Shown here one piece after another: positions 12,220 through 22,272 of a DNA stretch of 64,000 nucleotides. The DNA lies in contig CAVWWD010000002.1 of assembly GCA_963758635.1 (NCBI GenBank), positions 32,001 to 96,000 on the forward strand, in the 5' to 3' direction. A model generated the notes under the pieces. That model was given only the letters and a program-made list of their open reading frames with translations, was not told the DNA's origin and did not search any database. The DNA comes from an uncultured Candidatus Rokubacteria bacterium. Lineage in GTDB: Bacteria > Methylomirabilota > Methylomirabilia > Rokubacteriales > CSP1-6. The position numbers and the translations under genes are program-made. Position 1 is the first letter of the stretch; each line of letters opens with the position of its first letter.

Positions 12220-12888
12220 ATGACCGAGGGGATCAGTCCGAAGCAGTTCCACGAGTCCCAGGGCGTCGAGGACTGGCGGGTCATCGGCGACGGCGCCTGC
12301 GCGTACTTTCCGACCGCCTCGTTCGCGGCGAGCGCACGGCTCGTGGGGGCCATCGGCCAGCTGCCGGGCGTCGAGGACCACGCGCCGGACGTTGACCTGC
12401 GACCTGACGGGGTGACCGTGCGCCTGATCACGTACACGGACGACTACTACGGGATGAGCCAGCGCGACGTTGACATGGCCCGACAGATCTCGGCGGCGGC
12501 CCGACGGTTGGGCCTGGTCGCCGACCCGTCGGCCGTTCAGAGCCTGCTCGTCATCCCCGGCGCGGCCTCCACCGCCGAGGTGATGCCGTTCTGGCGCGCC
12601 GCGCTCGGGTATGAGCCCCGCCGCGACAGTCCCGCCGCTGACCTCGTGGATCCGCGCGGTCGGTGGCCGGGCTTCTGGTTCGAGCGGATGAACGAGCCGC
12701 GCGCGGACGGCGGCGGGGCGATCCACGTCGCCATGTGGGTACCGTCCGAGCGGGCGGAGGCGCGCATCGCGGCGGCGCTCGCCGCCGGCGGCCGCATGGT
12801 GCGCGACGAGTTCGCTCCATCGTGGTGGACGCTGGCCGACGCAGCCGGAAACGAGGTCGACATCGCCACCGCTCGCGGCCGCGACTGA
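12220..12888 (+). CDS. Pterin-4a-carbinolamine dehydratase-like domain fused to VOC/glyoxalase-like domain
   Basis: DHAPDVDLR, RDVDMARQIS, FWRAALGY, WWTLADAAGNEVDI; GAGGAGG RBS. Confidence 0.8.
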   Translation: MTEGISPKQFHESQGVEDWRVIGDGACAYFPTASFAASARLVGAIGQLPGVEDHAPDVDLRPDGVTVRLITYTDDYYGMSQRDVDMARQISAAARRLGLVADPSAVQSLLVIPGAASTAEVMPFWRAALGYEPRRDSPAADLVDPRGRWPGFWFERMNEPRADGGGAIHVAMWVPSERAEARIAAALAAGGRMVRDEFAPSWWTLADAAGNEVDIATARGRD

Positions 12889-12933
12889 GAGGTTGGGCCG
12901 CCCCCCGGCACGCTCCAGGCCCGGCCGGGGCGC

Positions 12934-12956
12934 AGAAGGGTCTGGCGCCTTTCCTC
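12934..12956 (+). repeat. 23-bp direct repeat, copy 2
   Basis: Identical to 8452-8474. Confidence 0.95.
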
Positions 12957-12982
12957 GCTTGGCGGTACCATGACCCACCTTT

Positions 12983-13000
12983 TTGAGACGCCCGTCTCAA
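12983..13000. promoter_or_regulatory. Perfect inverted repeat TTGAGACG-cc-CGTCTCAA, candidate TetR operator
   Basis: 8-bp arms with a 2-bp spacer, about 50 bp upstream of the hydrolase operon. Confidence 0.6.
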
Positions 13001-13050
13001 TCAGTGTGCCGCGCCGCGGCATCCGCGCCGCGGCATCCAGGAGGGTCCAG

Positions 13051-13905
13051 GTGCTCGTCGAGCGGATGGCCGTCGAGATCGAGGGCGAGGGCGAGCCGGT
13101 GCTGATGATCCACGGCCTCGGTGGAACATCGAACGTCTTCACGCCCGTGCTGCCGGCGCTGGCCCGCCACCGGACCATCCGGTTCGACCTCCCCGGATCC
13201 GGGCGCTCGCACCGCGCCGGTGGGCCGGGGCCGCTCTCCGCTCGCGCTGTTCGTCGACAAGGCTCGCCTGGTCATGGACCGGGCCGGCGTCGAGCGCGCG
13301 CACATCGTGGCGCACTCCATGGGCACGATCGTCGCGGCGCACCTCGCCGCGGCCGAGCCCGGGCGCGTCCTGAGCCTGGCGCTCTTCGGCCCGCTGCTGG
13401 CCCCGCCGGAGCCGGCCCGGGCGGCCATCCGCGCCCGCGGCGCTCAGGCGCGCCAGGGCGACATGCAGCCCATCGCCGACGCCCTGGTCCGGGCGCGAGC
13501 CTCTCGGCCGAGACGCGGGCGCGGCGACCCACGGCCGTGGCCTTCGTCCGCGAGTCGCTCATGCGGCAGGACCCCGAGGGCTACGCGCGTAGCTGCGAGG
13601 CCCTGGCCGAGATGGGGTCCGCCGACACGTCCCGGATCGACTGCCCGACGCTGCTCGTCACCGGCGACGAGGACGTTGTGGCCCCGCCCCAGGCGGTGCG
13701 CATGATGAGCGAGCGGATCACCGGAAGCCGGGTCGAGGTGCTGCGCGGCTGCGGGCACTGGACGCCGGTCGAGAAGCCCGAGGAATGCACCGGTCTGCTG
13801 CAGCGATTCCTGCTCGAGAGGAGACCGACATGGCGAACGTCCTCTTCACGAACGTCCGCATCATCGATGCGACCGGCGCCCAGCCCTATCAGGGCGAGGT
13901 CCTGA
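13051..13905 (+). CDS. Alpha/beta fold hydrolase (frameshifted)
   Basis: IHGLGG, FDLPGSGRS, nucleophile elbow AHSMG, TGDED, CGHW; AGGAGG RBS. Confidence 0.85.
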   Translation: MLVERMAVEIEGEGEPVLMIHGLGGTSNVFTPVLPALARHRTIRFDLPGSGRSHRAGGPGPLSARAVRRQGSPGHGPGRRRARAHRGALHGHDRRGAPRRGRARARPEPGALRPAAGPAGAGPGGHPRPRRSGAPGRHAAHRRRPGPGASLSAETRARRPTAVAFVRESLMRQDPEGYARSCEALAEMGSADTSRIDCPTLLVTGDEDVVAPPQAVRMMSERITGSRVEVLRGCGHWTPVEKPEECTGLLQRFLLERRPTWRTSSSRTSASSMRPAPSPIRARS

Positions 13906-15107
13906 TCCAGGGCAACCGCATCTCCCGCGTCGGCCGCGGGTCCCGCAGCCTCGCCACCTCCGGCGTCACCGTGATCGACGGCGCCGGCGCCACGCTCATG
14001 CCGGGCATGTGCGAGGCGCACACCCACTTCGGCTGGACCAACTCCAAGACGCTGGACGCCATCCAGAAGATGCCGCCGGAGGAGCACACCCTCTGGGCGG
14101 CCCAGGTGGCCAAGACCTACCTCGACCACGGCTGGACCTCGTGCGTGGGCGCGGCCACCCCGAAGCCGCGGCTCGACTGCGTGATCCGCGACGCCATCAA
14201 CTCCGGGCAGATCCCGGGGCCGCGGTACCTCGCGGCGAGCCAGGAGATCACGGTGACGGGCTCGCTCGGCGACGACATGCTCCCCCACCTGCCCTTCCCG
14301 GAGATGTCCTTCGGCTGCGTGGTGGACGGCCCCGACGGCATGCGCAAGGCGGTGCGGATGTTCCTCAAGTACGGCGTGGACCAGGTGAAGCTCAACCTGT
14401 CCGGCGACAACCTGGTGCCGGGGGCCGACGCCCGCACGAGCTGGATGAGCGACGAGGAGGTGGCCGTGGCCGCCCACGAGGTGAAGGTGCGCGGCAAGCG
14501 GCTGGCCTCCCACGCGCGCTCGAGCGAGTCCGTGAAGCAGAGCCTGCGCCACGGCGTGGAGGTGATCTACCACGCCAGCTTCACCGACGAGGAGGCGCTC
14601 GACGGGCTGGAGGCCCGGAAGGACAAGATCTTCGTCGCGCCCGGCCTCTCCGTGATCATCCGCCTGCTCTACGAGGGCGAGGTGGTCGGCATCTCGAACG
14701 ACGACGCCAAGCGGATGGGCTACGAGCTGGAGCTCGAGGCGGCGGTGAACAGCATGAAGGCGATGCTCCGGCGCGGGATCCGCGTGCTGCCCGGCGGCGA
14801 CTACGGCTTCGCCTGGGCGCCGCACGGCGAGAACGCGAAGGACCTGGAGTACTTCGTGAAGTACCTCAACATGACGCCGATGGAGGCCATCATCTCGGCC
14901 ACGCGCTGGGGCGGTCAGATCATGATGCGCCGCGACCTGGGCGAGATTCGCGAGGGCTGGCTGGCCGACCTGCTGCTGGTGGACGGCGACCCGCTGGCGA
15001 ACATCTCCATCCTCCAGGACAAGTCCAAGCTGCTGGCGATCATGAAGGACGGCGAGTTCACGAAGGCGCCCGAGATCCGGTCCACCCGGAGCCGCTGGGT
15101 CGCGTGA
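13830..15107 (+). CDS. Amidohydrolase superfamily protein (prolidase/Xaa-Pro dipeptidase-like)
   Basis: IDGAGATLMPGMCEAHTH, GVDQVKL, SHAR, GGDYG, ADLLLVDGDPL. Confidence 0.9.
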   Translation: MANVLFTNVRIIDATGAQPYQGEVLIQGNRISRVGRGSRSLATSGVTVIDGAGATLMPGMCEAHTHFGWTNSKTLDAIQKMPPEEHTLWAAQVAKTYLDHGWTSCVGAATPKPRLDCVIRDAINSGQIPGPRYLAASQEITVTGSLGDDMLPHLPFPEMSFGCVVDGPDGMRKAVRMFLKYGVDQVKLNLSGDNLVPGADARTSWMSDEEVAVAAHEVKVRGKRLASHARSSESVKQSLRHGVEVIYHASFTDEEALDGLEARKDKIFVAPGLSVIIRLLYEGEVVGISNDDAKRMGYELELEAAVNSMKAMLRRGIRVLPGGDYGFAWAPHGENAKDLEYFVKYLNMTPMEAIISATRWGGQIMMRRDLGEIREGWLADLLLVDGDPLANISILQDKSKLLAIMKDGEFTKAPEIRSTRSRWVA

Positions 15108-16051
15108 CGCGACTCTGGATCGCGCTCTGGGCGGTCCTCATCGGGCTGCCGGTCGTCGTCTTCGCGGCCTGGGCGCTCCAGGACAACGCGCGCCTGTTCG
15201 TCGTCACGCTGCTCAACGGCCTCACGCTGGCCTCGCTCTACTTCATCGTGGCGCGCGGCTTCACGCTGGTGTTCGGGCTCATGCGCAACGTGAACCTGGC
15301 GCACGGCTCGCTGTACCTCCTGGGCGGCTACCTCGGGTTCTACACCGGGCAGTTCACCGGCTCGTGGCTGCTCGCGCTGGCCGTGGGCTTTGCCGCCGCC
15401 GCGGTCGTCGGCCTCGCCATGCAAGTGTCGATCTTCCGCTTCATGCCCGGCCAGGACCTGCGGCAGACGATGGTCACGATCGGGCTCTCGATCGTCATCG
15501 CCGACCTCCTCATGTGGGCGATCGGCGCTCAGGTCCACCAGATGTCGCCCCCGCCCTGGCTCGACGGTCCCCTGCGCAACCTGCCGGTGATCCGCGCCTA
15601 CTCGACGTACCGGCTCTCGCTGCTGCCCATCGGCATCGTGATCGGCGTGGCGCTCTGGCTGTTCCTGAACCGCACGCGGGTCGGCATGATGATCCGCGCC
15701 GGCGTCGACGACCGCGCCATGCTCGCGGCGGCGGGCGTCAACGTCAACCTGGTGTTCGCCACGACGTTCGCGCTCGGGGCCGGGCTGGCCGGCCTCGGCG
15801 GCGTCATCGGCGTGGTGGAGCTTTCCATGGTGCCCGGCGAGGACACGCGCCTTCTCCTGGCGTCGCTCGTGGTGGTGATCGTTGGCGGTATGGGCAGCGT
15901 GGTGGGGGCGGCGATCGGCGCCGCCATCCTCGGCCTGGCCGAGACCTACGGCCTCGCCTACGCGCCCACCTACAGCGTGATGTTCACCTTCGTGATCCTC
16001 GTGCTGGTGCTCGCTTTCCGTCCGCGCGGCATCCTCGGCCGGCCCGCATGA
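15104..16051 (+). CDS. Branched-chain amino acid-type ABC transporter permease (LivH-like)
   Basis: GFTLVFGLMRNVNLAHG, RTRVGMMIRA, VVVIVGGMGS; GTGA overlap with the upstream gene. Confidence 0.9.
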   Translation: MTRLWIALWAVLIGLPVVVFAAWALQDNARLFVVTLLNGLTLASLYFIVARGFTLVFGLMRNVNLAHGSLYLLGGYLGFYTGQFTGSWLLALAVGFAAAAVVGLAMQVSIFRFMPGQDLRQTMVTIGLSIVIADLLMWAIGAQVHQMSPPPWLDGPLRNLPVIRAYSTYRLSLLPIGIVIGVALWLFLNRTRVGMMIRAGVDDRAMLAAAGVNVNLVFATTFALGAGLAGLGGVIGVVELSMVPGEDTRLLLASLVVVIVGGMGSVVGAAIGAAILGLAETYGLAYAPTYSVMFTFVILVLVLAFRPRGILGRPA

Positions 16052-17205
16052 GCGCCGCCGACTGGCGCCGCGCCATGAATCTCCAGCCCCGCCCGCTGGG
16101 CACGCCGGCGGGGCGCCCGGCCGTCCGGGCCGCCGGCGCGCCGCGGGCGCCCCGGCGTCGGCTCACGAATCCCGTGCGCGCGCGGCATGTGATCGTGCTC
16201 GCCTTCCTGCTCGCCTACCCGTGGTTCGCGCCGCCGTTCTTCACGTACCAGATCGGGGCGCAGGCCCTGGCGCTCGGCCTCATCGCGCTGTCACTCACCT
16301 TCCTGGCCGGATACGGCGGCATGATCTCGCTCGCGCAGATGACGGTGGCGGGCATCGCCGGCTACATGCTGGCGATCTTCGGCACCGCGGCCACGGACGG
16401 GGTCACGCTCGGCTGGCCGTGGTGGCTCGCCGTCATCATCGCGCTCCTCATCGCGGTCCTGGCCGCCGCGGGCATCGGCTGGCTCTCCGTCCGCACCGAG
16501 GGCATCTACACCATCATGATCACGCTGGCCATCGGCGTGGCGTTCTACTACCTGGCCCTGCAGAACTACACCGTGTTCAACGGCTTCCAGGGCATGCAGA
16601 AGGTGTTCCCGCCGACGCTCGCCGGCGTCTACTGGCGCGACCCCACGCCGTTCTACTACCTGGCGCTGGCCTGCGCGCTGGCCGGCTACCTCTTCGTGGT
16701 CTACCTGATGCGCACGCCCTTCGGGATCGCGCTCCAGGGCATCCGCGACAACCCGCGCCGGATGCACGCGCTGGGCTTCAACGTGACGGCCCACCGGGTG
16801 GCGGCCTACGCGGTGGGCGGCGCGCTCGCCGCGGTGGGCGGGGTGCTGTTCACCTGGTACAACGGCCTCGTGACGCCGGGCTCGGTGGGCACGGGGTGGC
16901 TCATCAACATCCTCATCATCGCGGTGCTCGGTGGCATGCGGCATCCGGTCGGCGCCTTCCTCGGCGCCATCGTCTTCGTGCTCGTCCAGAACTTCGCCAT
17001 CGACGTCATCAACCGCGAGCGCTTCAACCTGGTGATCGGAGTGGTGTTCCTCGTCATCGTGCTGTTCTCGCGCGACGGCCTGCTCGGCTGGTGGGCGGCC
17101 CTGAGCGCCCGGGTGTCAACTCAAAGAGGAGGGAGTCCATGGACATCGGCAAGAAGACGCTGGTATGCGCGCTCGTCGTCGCCGTCGGCATCGTCGCCGT
17201 CCTGA
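16048..17205 (+). CDS. Branched-chain amino acid-type ABC transporter permease (LivM-like)
   Basis: GYGGMISLAQ, GIYTIMITLA, IRDNPRRMHALG, AVLGG; the true 3' end may be earlier. Confidence 0.88.
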   Translation: MSAADWRRAMNLQPRPLGTPAGRPAVRAAGAPRAPRRRLTNPVRARHVIVLAFLLAYPWFAPPFFTYQIGAQALALGLIALSLTFLAGYGGMISLAQMTVAGIAGYMLAIFGTAATDGVTLGWPWWLAVIIALLIAVLAAAGIGWLSVRTEGIYTIMITLAIGVAFYYLALQNYTVFNGFQGMQKVFPPTLAGVYWRDPTPFYYLALACALAGYLFVVYLMRTPFGIALQGIRDNPRRMHALGFNVTAHRVAAYAVGGALAAVGGVLFTWYNGLVTPGSVGTGWLINILIIAVLGGMRHPVGAFLGAIVFVLVQNFAIDVINRERFNLVIGVVFLVIVLFSRDGLLGWWAALSARVSTQRGGSPWTSARRRWYARSSSPSASSPS

Positions 17206-18387
17206 GCGCGGGGGCGATCGCGCAGGCGCCCCCGGTCAAGATCGGGCTGCTCGCCACGCTGGAAGGTCCGTTCGCGGCCGGCGGCCAGGACGGCATGCGC
17301 GGCGCCGAGCTGGCGGTGCGCCAGCGGAACGGCGTGGTCGCCGGCCGCAAGATCGAGATCGTCAAGGCCTCGTCCGACGCGAAGCCCGACGTGGCGGTGA
17401 ACGCCACCCGGAAGCTGGTCGAGCAGGACAAGGTCGACATCATGGTGGGGCCGCTCTCCGGCTCCGAGGGCATCGCGGTCAAGGAGTACTCGAAGACGCA
17501 GCCCAACATCACGTTCATCAACGGCTCGTCGGGCGCCCAGGCCACGACGCTCGTCAACCCGTCGCCGAACTTCTTCCGCTTCAACACGGACGGCGGCCAG
17601 TGGATGGTGGGCCTCGGCAAGGCGGCGCTGGACAAGGGCTACAAGCGCGTGATGGTCATCGCCGAGGACTACGCCTTCCCCTACTCGCAGGTGCAGGGCT
17701 TCATGACCGAGTACTGCAAGCTGGGCGGCAAGGTCCCGCTGAAGGCGTGGGTGCCGCTCGGCGGCAAGGACTACTCCTCGGTGATCGCGCGCATCCCCAA
17801 GGACGTGGACGCGCTGGTGGTGGTGCTGGGCGGCGCCGACGCGGTGAACTTCCTGAACCAGTACGAGCAGGCCGGCGGTGACAAGCCGATGGTCGGCGGC
17901 TCGATCACGGTGAGCCAGGACATCCTCAACTACAAGGGCAAGCGCCGCGACTCGCTGGTGGGCACCATCGCCGGCGCGCCGATCGCCGACGCCTACGAGG
18001 CGCCGGAGTGGCGAGCGTTCGTCGCCGACTACAAGAAGAACTTCCCCGACGGCTATCCCAGCCCGTCGCTGTTCGCGCTGGTCTACTACCTCAACATGAA
18101 GGCGACGCTCGACGGCCTGGACGCCGTCAAGGGCGACCTCTCGGACGGCCAGAAGAAGTACCGCGACGCGCTCAGCAAGATGACGCTCAAGTCGCCCGTC
18201 GGCGACGTTCAAGCTGGACGCCAACCGGCAGGCCATCGGCACGACGTTCATCACCGAGGTGGTGAAGGACAGCCAGGGCAACCTCTACAACAAGGTGCTC
18301 CGGAAGATCGACAACGTGAACCAGACGATGGGCATGACGCCGGCCGATTTCAAGATCGGCTCGCGCGACGAGCCGAATTGCCCATAG
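17139..18387 (+). CDS. ABC transporter substrate-binding protein (LivK/PBP1 type; frameshift near 18210)
   Basis: Signal peptide, VKIGLLATLEGPFA, KLVEQDKVD; C-terminus continues in another frame to GSRDEPNCP*. Confidence 0.88.
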
Positions 18388-18409
18388 TGAGGGGCCCCGT
18401 CGGGGCATA

Positions 18410-19169
18410 GTGGCGGATTCACCCACCCGCGTCTCGGGTGACGCCCTCGTGCTGGAGGGCGTCACCCGGACGTTCGGCGCGCTCCACGCGATCGAGGACG
18501 TTCTCGTTCTCGGTCGCGGTGGGGGAGCGTCGCGCCGTGATCGGCGCCAACGGCGCCGGCAAGACCACCCTGTTCAACGTCGTCACCGGCGACTTCCCGG
18601 CCACGCGGGGGCGCGTGCGGTTCTTCGGCGAGGACGTGACCACGCTGCCGCCTCACGAGCGCATTCGCATGGGCATGCGCCGGACGTATCAGTCCTCGCT
18701 CCTGTTCCGTGACCTCACCGTGCGCGACAACCTGTTCCTGGCCGTGCGCGGCGTCGCGCGCAACCGCTTCAGCTTCCTGCGGGCGTCGAGGAACGGTCCG
18801 GCCGACGAGCTCCTCGATCGGGTGCGGCTCACCCCCGTGGCCGAGTCCCCGGTGGCCGCGCTGTCCCACGGCCAGCAGCGCCAGCTCGAGATCGGCATGG
18901 CGCTGGCGGGCGCGCCGCGCCTGATCCTGTTCGACGAGCCCGCCGCGGGACTGTCGCCCGCCGAGCGCGGGGAGCTGGTGACGCTGCTGCGGGGCCTGCC
19001 CGCGCACATCGGCTTCATCCTGATCGAGCACGACCTGGACATCGCGCTCCGCGTGGTCGACCGCGTCACGGTGCTCCACAACTCCCGCGTGCTCAAGCAC
19101 GGGAGCCCGGCGGAGATCGAGAACGACGCCGAGGTGCAGGCGATCTACATGGGGGACCGGGCCCGGTGA
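18410..19169 (+). CDS. ABC transporter ATP-binding protein (LivG-like; frameshift near 18500)
   Basis: [32 protein letters not shown]. Confidence 0.88.
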
Positions 19170-19185
19170 TCGGGGGGCGCGGGCG

Positions 19186-21451
19186 GTGATCCTCGAGATC
19201 CGGAACCTGGACGTTCTACTACGGCCGGGCTCACGCGCTCCAGGGCGTGTCGCTCGCGCTGGACCGTGGCGTCCTGGCCGTGGTGGGCCGGAACGGCATG
19301 GGCAAGACCACGCTCTGCAACGCGGTGACGGGGCTGGTCCCCGCCTCGGGGAGCGTGAAGCTCGCCGGCGAGGAGATCCTGGGGCTGGCGCCGAACGCGA
19401 TCACGACCAAGGGCGTCGGGTACGTGCCCCAGGGCCGTCGCGTGTGGCCCTCGCTGTCCGTGGACGAGCACCTCCGGCTGGCCCGGCGGCGGGGGCCGTG
19501 GACGGTGGAGCGCATCTACCAGACCTTCCCGCGCCTGGCCGAGCGCAAGGGAAACGGCGGCGCCGAGCTGTCGGGCGGCGAGCAGCAGATGCTCGCCATC
19601 TCCCGCGCGCTGCTGCTCAACCCCAAGCTGCTGGTCATGGACGAGCCCACCGAGGGGCTGGCCCCGATCATCGTGCAGCAGGTCGAGGCCATGCTGAAGG
19701 CGCTCACCGCCGAGGGCGCGATCTCGGTGCTGCTGATCGAGCAGAACCTGGGCGTGGCCATCGACGTGGCCGACACCGTGGACGTGATGGTGAACGGCCG
19801 CATCGCGCGCTCGATGCCCACCGCCGCGCTGGCCGCCGACCGCGACCTGCAGCAGCGCCTGCTCGGCGTGAAGCTCGACACCGAGCTGACGGCGGAGGTG
19901 GCGGTCGAGCCCGAGGGCGAAGCCCGTCGCCGACCCGAGGGCGAAGCCCGTCGCCGAGAGGACGCGGGCCCGGCGGTGCAGGTGCTGACGGTGCGGCGCG
20001 CCACCGACTCCGTGGTGGTCGAGCCTTCCTCGCCGGCGTCTGCGCCCGCGCCTGCGGAGGAGCGGACCATCCGAGGCTTCACGCGCTGGGGCTCGACCGG
20101 CCGCGACCACGTCGTGGGCGCGCCGGAGCCGGTGGCGGCCGACGCCCACGCGGCGGAGCTCCGTGGGGGAGAGCAACAGCCCCGCGCCGGAGAGTTGCTG
20201 CCGGTGGCCCAGATGGTTGGCCGCGCCGCCTACATCGCCGGCACCTTCGACACCAAGGGCCGCGAGCTGTTCTACCTGCGCACGTGCCTCGAGAGGCTCG
20301 GCGTGCGCACGGTGACCGTGGACCTGGCCACGTCGGGCACGCCGTCGCCCGCCATGGTCCATCCGCGCGAGGTGGCGCGGCACCATCCCGGCGGCGAGCG
20401 CGCGGTGTTCACCGGCGACCGCGGCTCCGCGGTCACCGAGATGGCCGTGGCCTTCGAGGAGTTCGTGACCCGCCGGCGCGACATCGGCGGCCTGATCTCG
20501 GCGGGCGGGTCGGGCGGCACCGCGCTCGCCACCCGCGCCATGCGCCGGCTGCCCATCGGCGTGCCCAAGGTGATGGTGTCCACGGTGGCGTCGGGCGACG
20601 TGAAGCCCTACGTCGGCCCCTCCGACATCTGCATGATGTACTCCGTCACCGACGTGGCCGGCATCAACCGCATCTCGGAGAAGGTGCTCGCCAACGCGGC
20701 GCACGCGCTGGCCGGCATGCTGGCCTTCGCCCGCTCGCCCGCCTCGCCCGAGGCGCAGAGCAAGCCCGCCCTCGGTCTGACGATGTTCGGCCTCACCACC
20801 CCGTGCGTGCAGGCAGTGTGCAAGCAACTCGAGGACGAGTACGACTGCCTGATCTTCCACGCCACCGGCACCGGCGGGCAGAGCCTGGAGAAGCTCGCCG
20901 ACTCCGGCCTGCTCGCCGCGGTGCTCGACCTCACCACCACCGAGGTCGCCGACGAGGTCGTGGGCGGCGTGCTCTCCGCGGGTCCCACGCGGATGGACGT
21001 GTTCGCGCGAACCACCATCCCCTACGTCGGCTCCTGCGGCGCGCTCGACATGGTCAACTTCTGGGCCCGGCCCACCGTGCCCGAGCGCTTCAAGGAGCGG
21101 ACCCTCCACGTCCACAACCCGAACGTCACCCTGATGCGCACCACGTCCGACGAGGCGCGACGCATCGGCCGGTTCATCGCCGACAAGCTCAATCGCATGG
21201 AGGGGCCGGTGCGGTTCCTGATCCCCGAGGGCGGCCTCTCCGGCCTCGACCGGCCCGGCGGCTCCTTCTGGGACCCGGCCGCGAACACGGCGCTCTTCGA
21301 CGCGCTCGCCGCCGAGTTCCGCGCCGGCACGAACCGCAAGCTCACCAGAGTGCCGCACCACATCAACGACCCCGCGTTCGCCGACACGGTGGTCGCCACC
21401 TTCCGCGAGGTCAGGACCGCATGGCCCGAATCGATCGCCAGGACATCCTGA
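19186..21451 (+). CDS. LivF-like ABC ATPase fused to Tm-1-like (UPF0261) domain (frameshift near 19215)
   Basis: [17 protein letters not shown] and MDEPTEG, then in the same frame [50 protein letters not shown]. Confidence 0.88.
19910..19957 (+). repeat. 24-bp tandem duplication (CCCGAGGGCGAAGCCCGTCGCCGA x2)
   Basis: Two exact adjacent copies, each with a GGGC-GAA-GCCC hairpin; encodes PEGEARRR twice. Confidence 0.9.
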
Positions 21452-22272
21452 GTCGGCTCTCCGGCATGGCCCGTCGCGGCGAGCCGATCATCGGCGGCGG
21501 CGCCGGCACCGGGCTGTCCGCCAAGTGCGAGGAGGCCGGCGGCATCGACCTCATCGTGATCTACAACTCGGGGCGGTATCGCATGGCCGGGCGCGGCTCG
21601 CTCGCCGGCCTGCTCGCCTACGGCAACGCCAACGAGATCGTGCTGGACATGGCGCGCGAGGTGCTGCCCGTGGTCACGCGCACGCCGGTGCTGGCCGGGG
21701 TCAACGGCACCGACCCCTTCCTGCTGCTCGACCCATTTTTGAAGACGCTGGGCGAGCTGGGGTTCTCGGGCGTGCAGAACTTCCCGACGGTCGGCCTCTT
21801 CGACGGGGTCATCCGGGCCCAGCTCGAGGAGACGGGCATGGGCTACGCGCTCGAGGTGCAGATGATCGAGCGCGCCCGAGCGCACGACCTCCTCACCACG
21901 CCCTACGTCTTCTCGGAGGACAACGCCCGCGACATGGCCCGGGCCGGCGCCGACATCGTGGTGTGCCACCTGGGGCTCACCACGGGCGGCGCCGTCGGCG
22001 CGCGCACCGCGGTCACCCTCGAGGCCTGCGTGCCCCTCATCGACGCGTGGGCGGCGGCGGCCCGCGCGGTGAACCCGGACGTCCTCGTCCTGTGCCACGG
22101 CGGGCCGATCGCCACCCCGGACGATGCCGCGTACGTCCTGGCCAAGACCCGGAGCTGTCACGGCTTCTACGGCGCCTCCAGCATGGAGCGCCTGCCGACC
22201 GAAATCGCGCTGACGGAGACCACGCGGTCGTTCAAACGCATCGGCCTCCGTCCGAAGGAGAAGGCGTCATGA
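21421..22272 (+). CDS. Phosphoenolpyruvate hydrolase-like / TIM-barrel signal transduction family protein
   Basis: [63 protein letters not shown]. Confidence 0.9.
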   Translation: MARIDRQDILSRLSGMARRGEPIIGGGAGTGLSAKCEEAGGIDLIVIYNSGRYRMAGRGSLAGLLAYGNANEIVLDMAREVLPVVTRTPVLAGVNGTDPFLLLDPFLKTLGELGFSGVQNFPTVGLFDGVIRAQLEETGMGYALEVQMIERARAHDLLTTPYVFSEDNARDMARAGADIVVCHLGLTTGGAVGARTAVTLEACVPLIDAWAAAARAVNPDVLVLCHGGPIATPDDAAYVLAKTRSCHGFYGASSMERLPTEIALTETTRSFKRIGLRPKEKAS

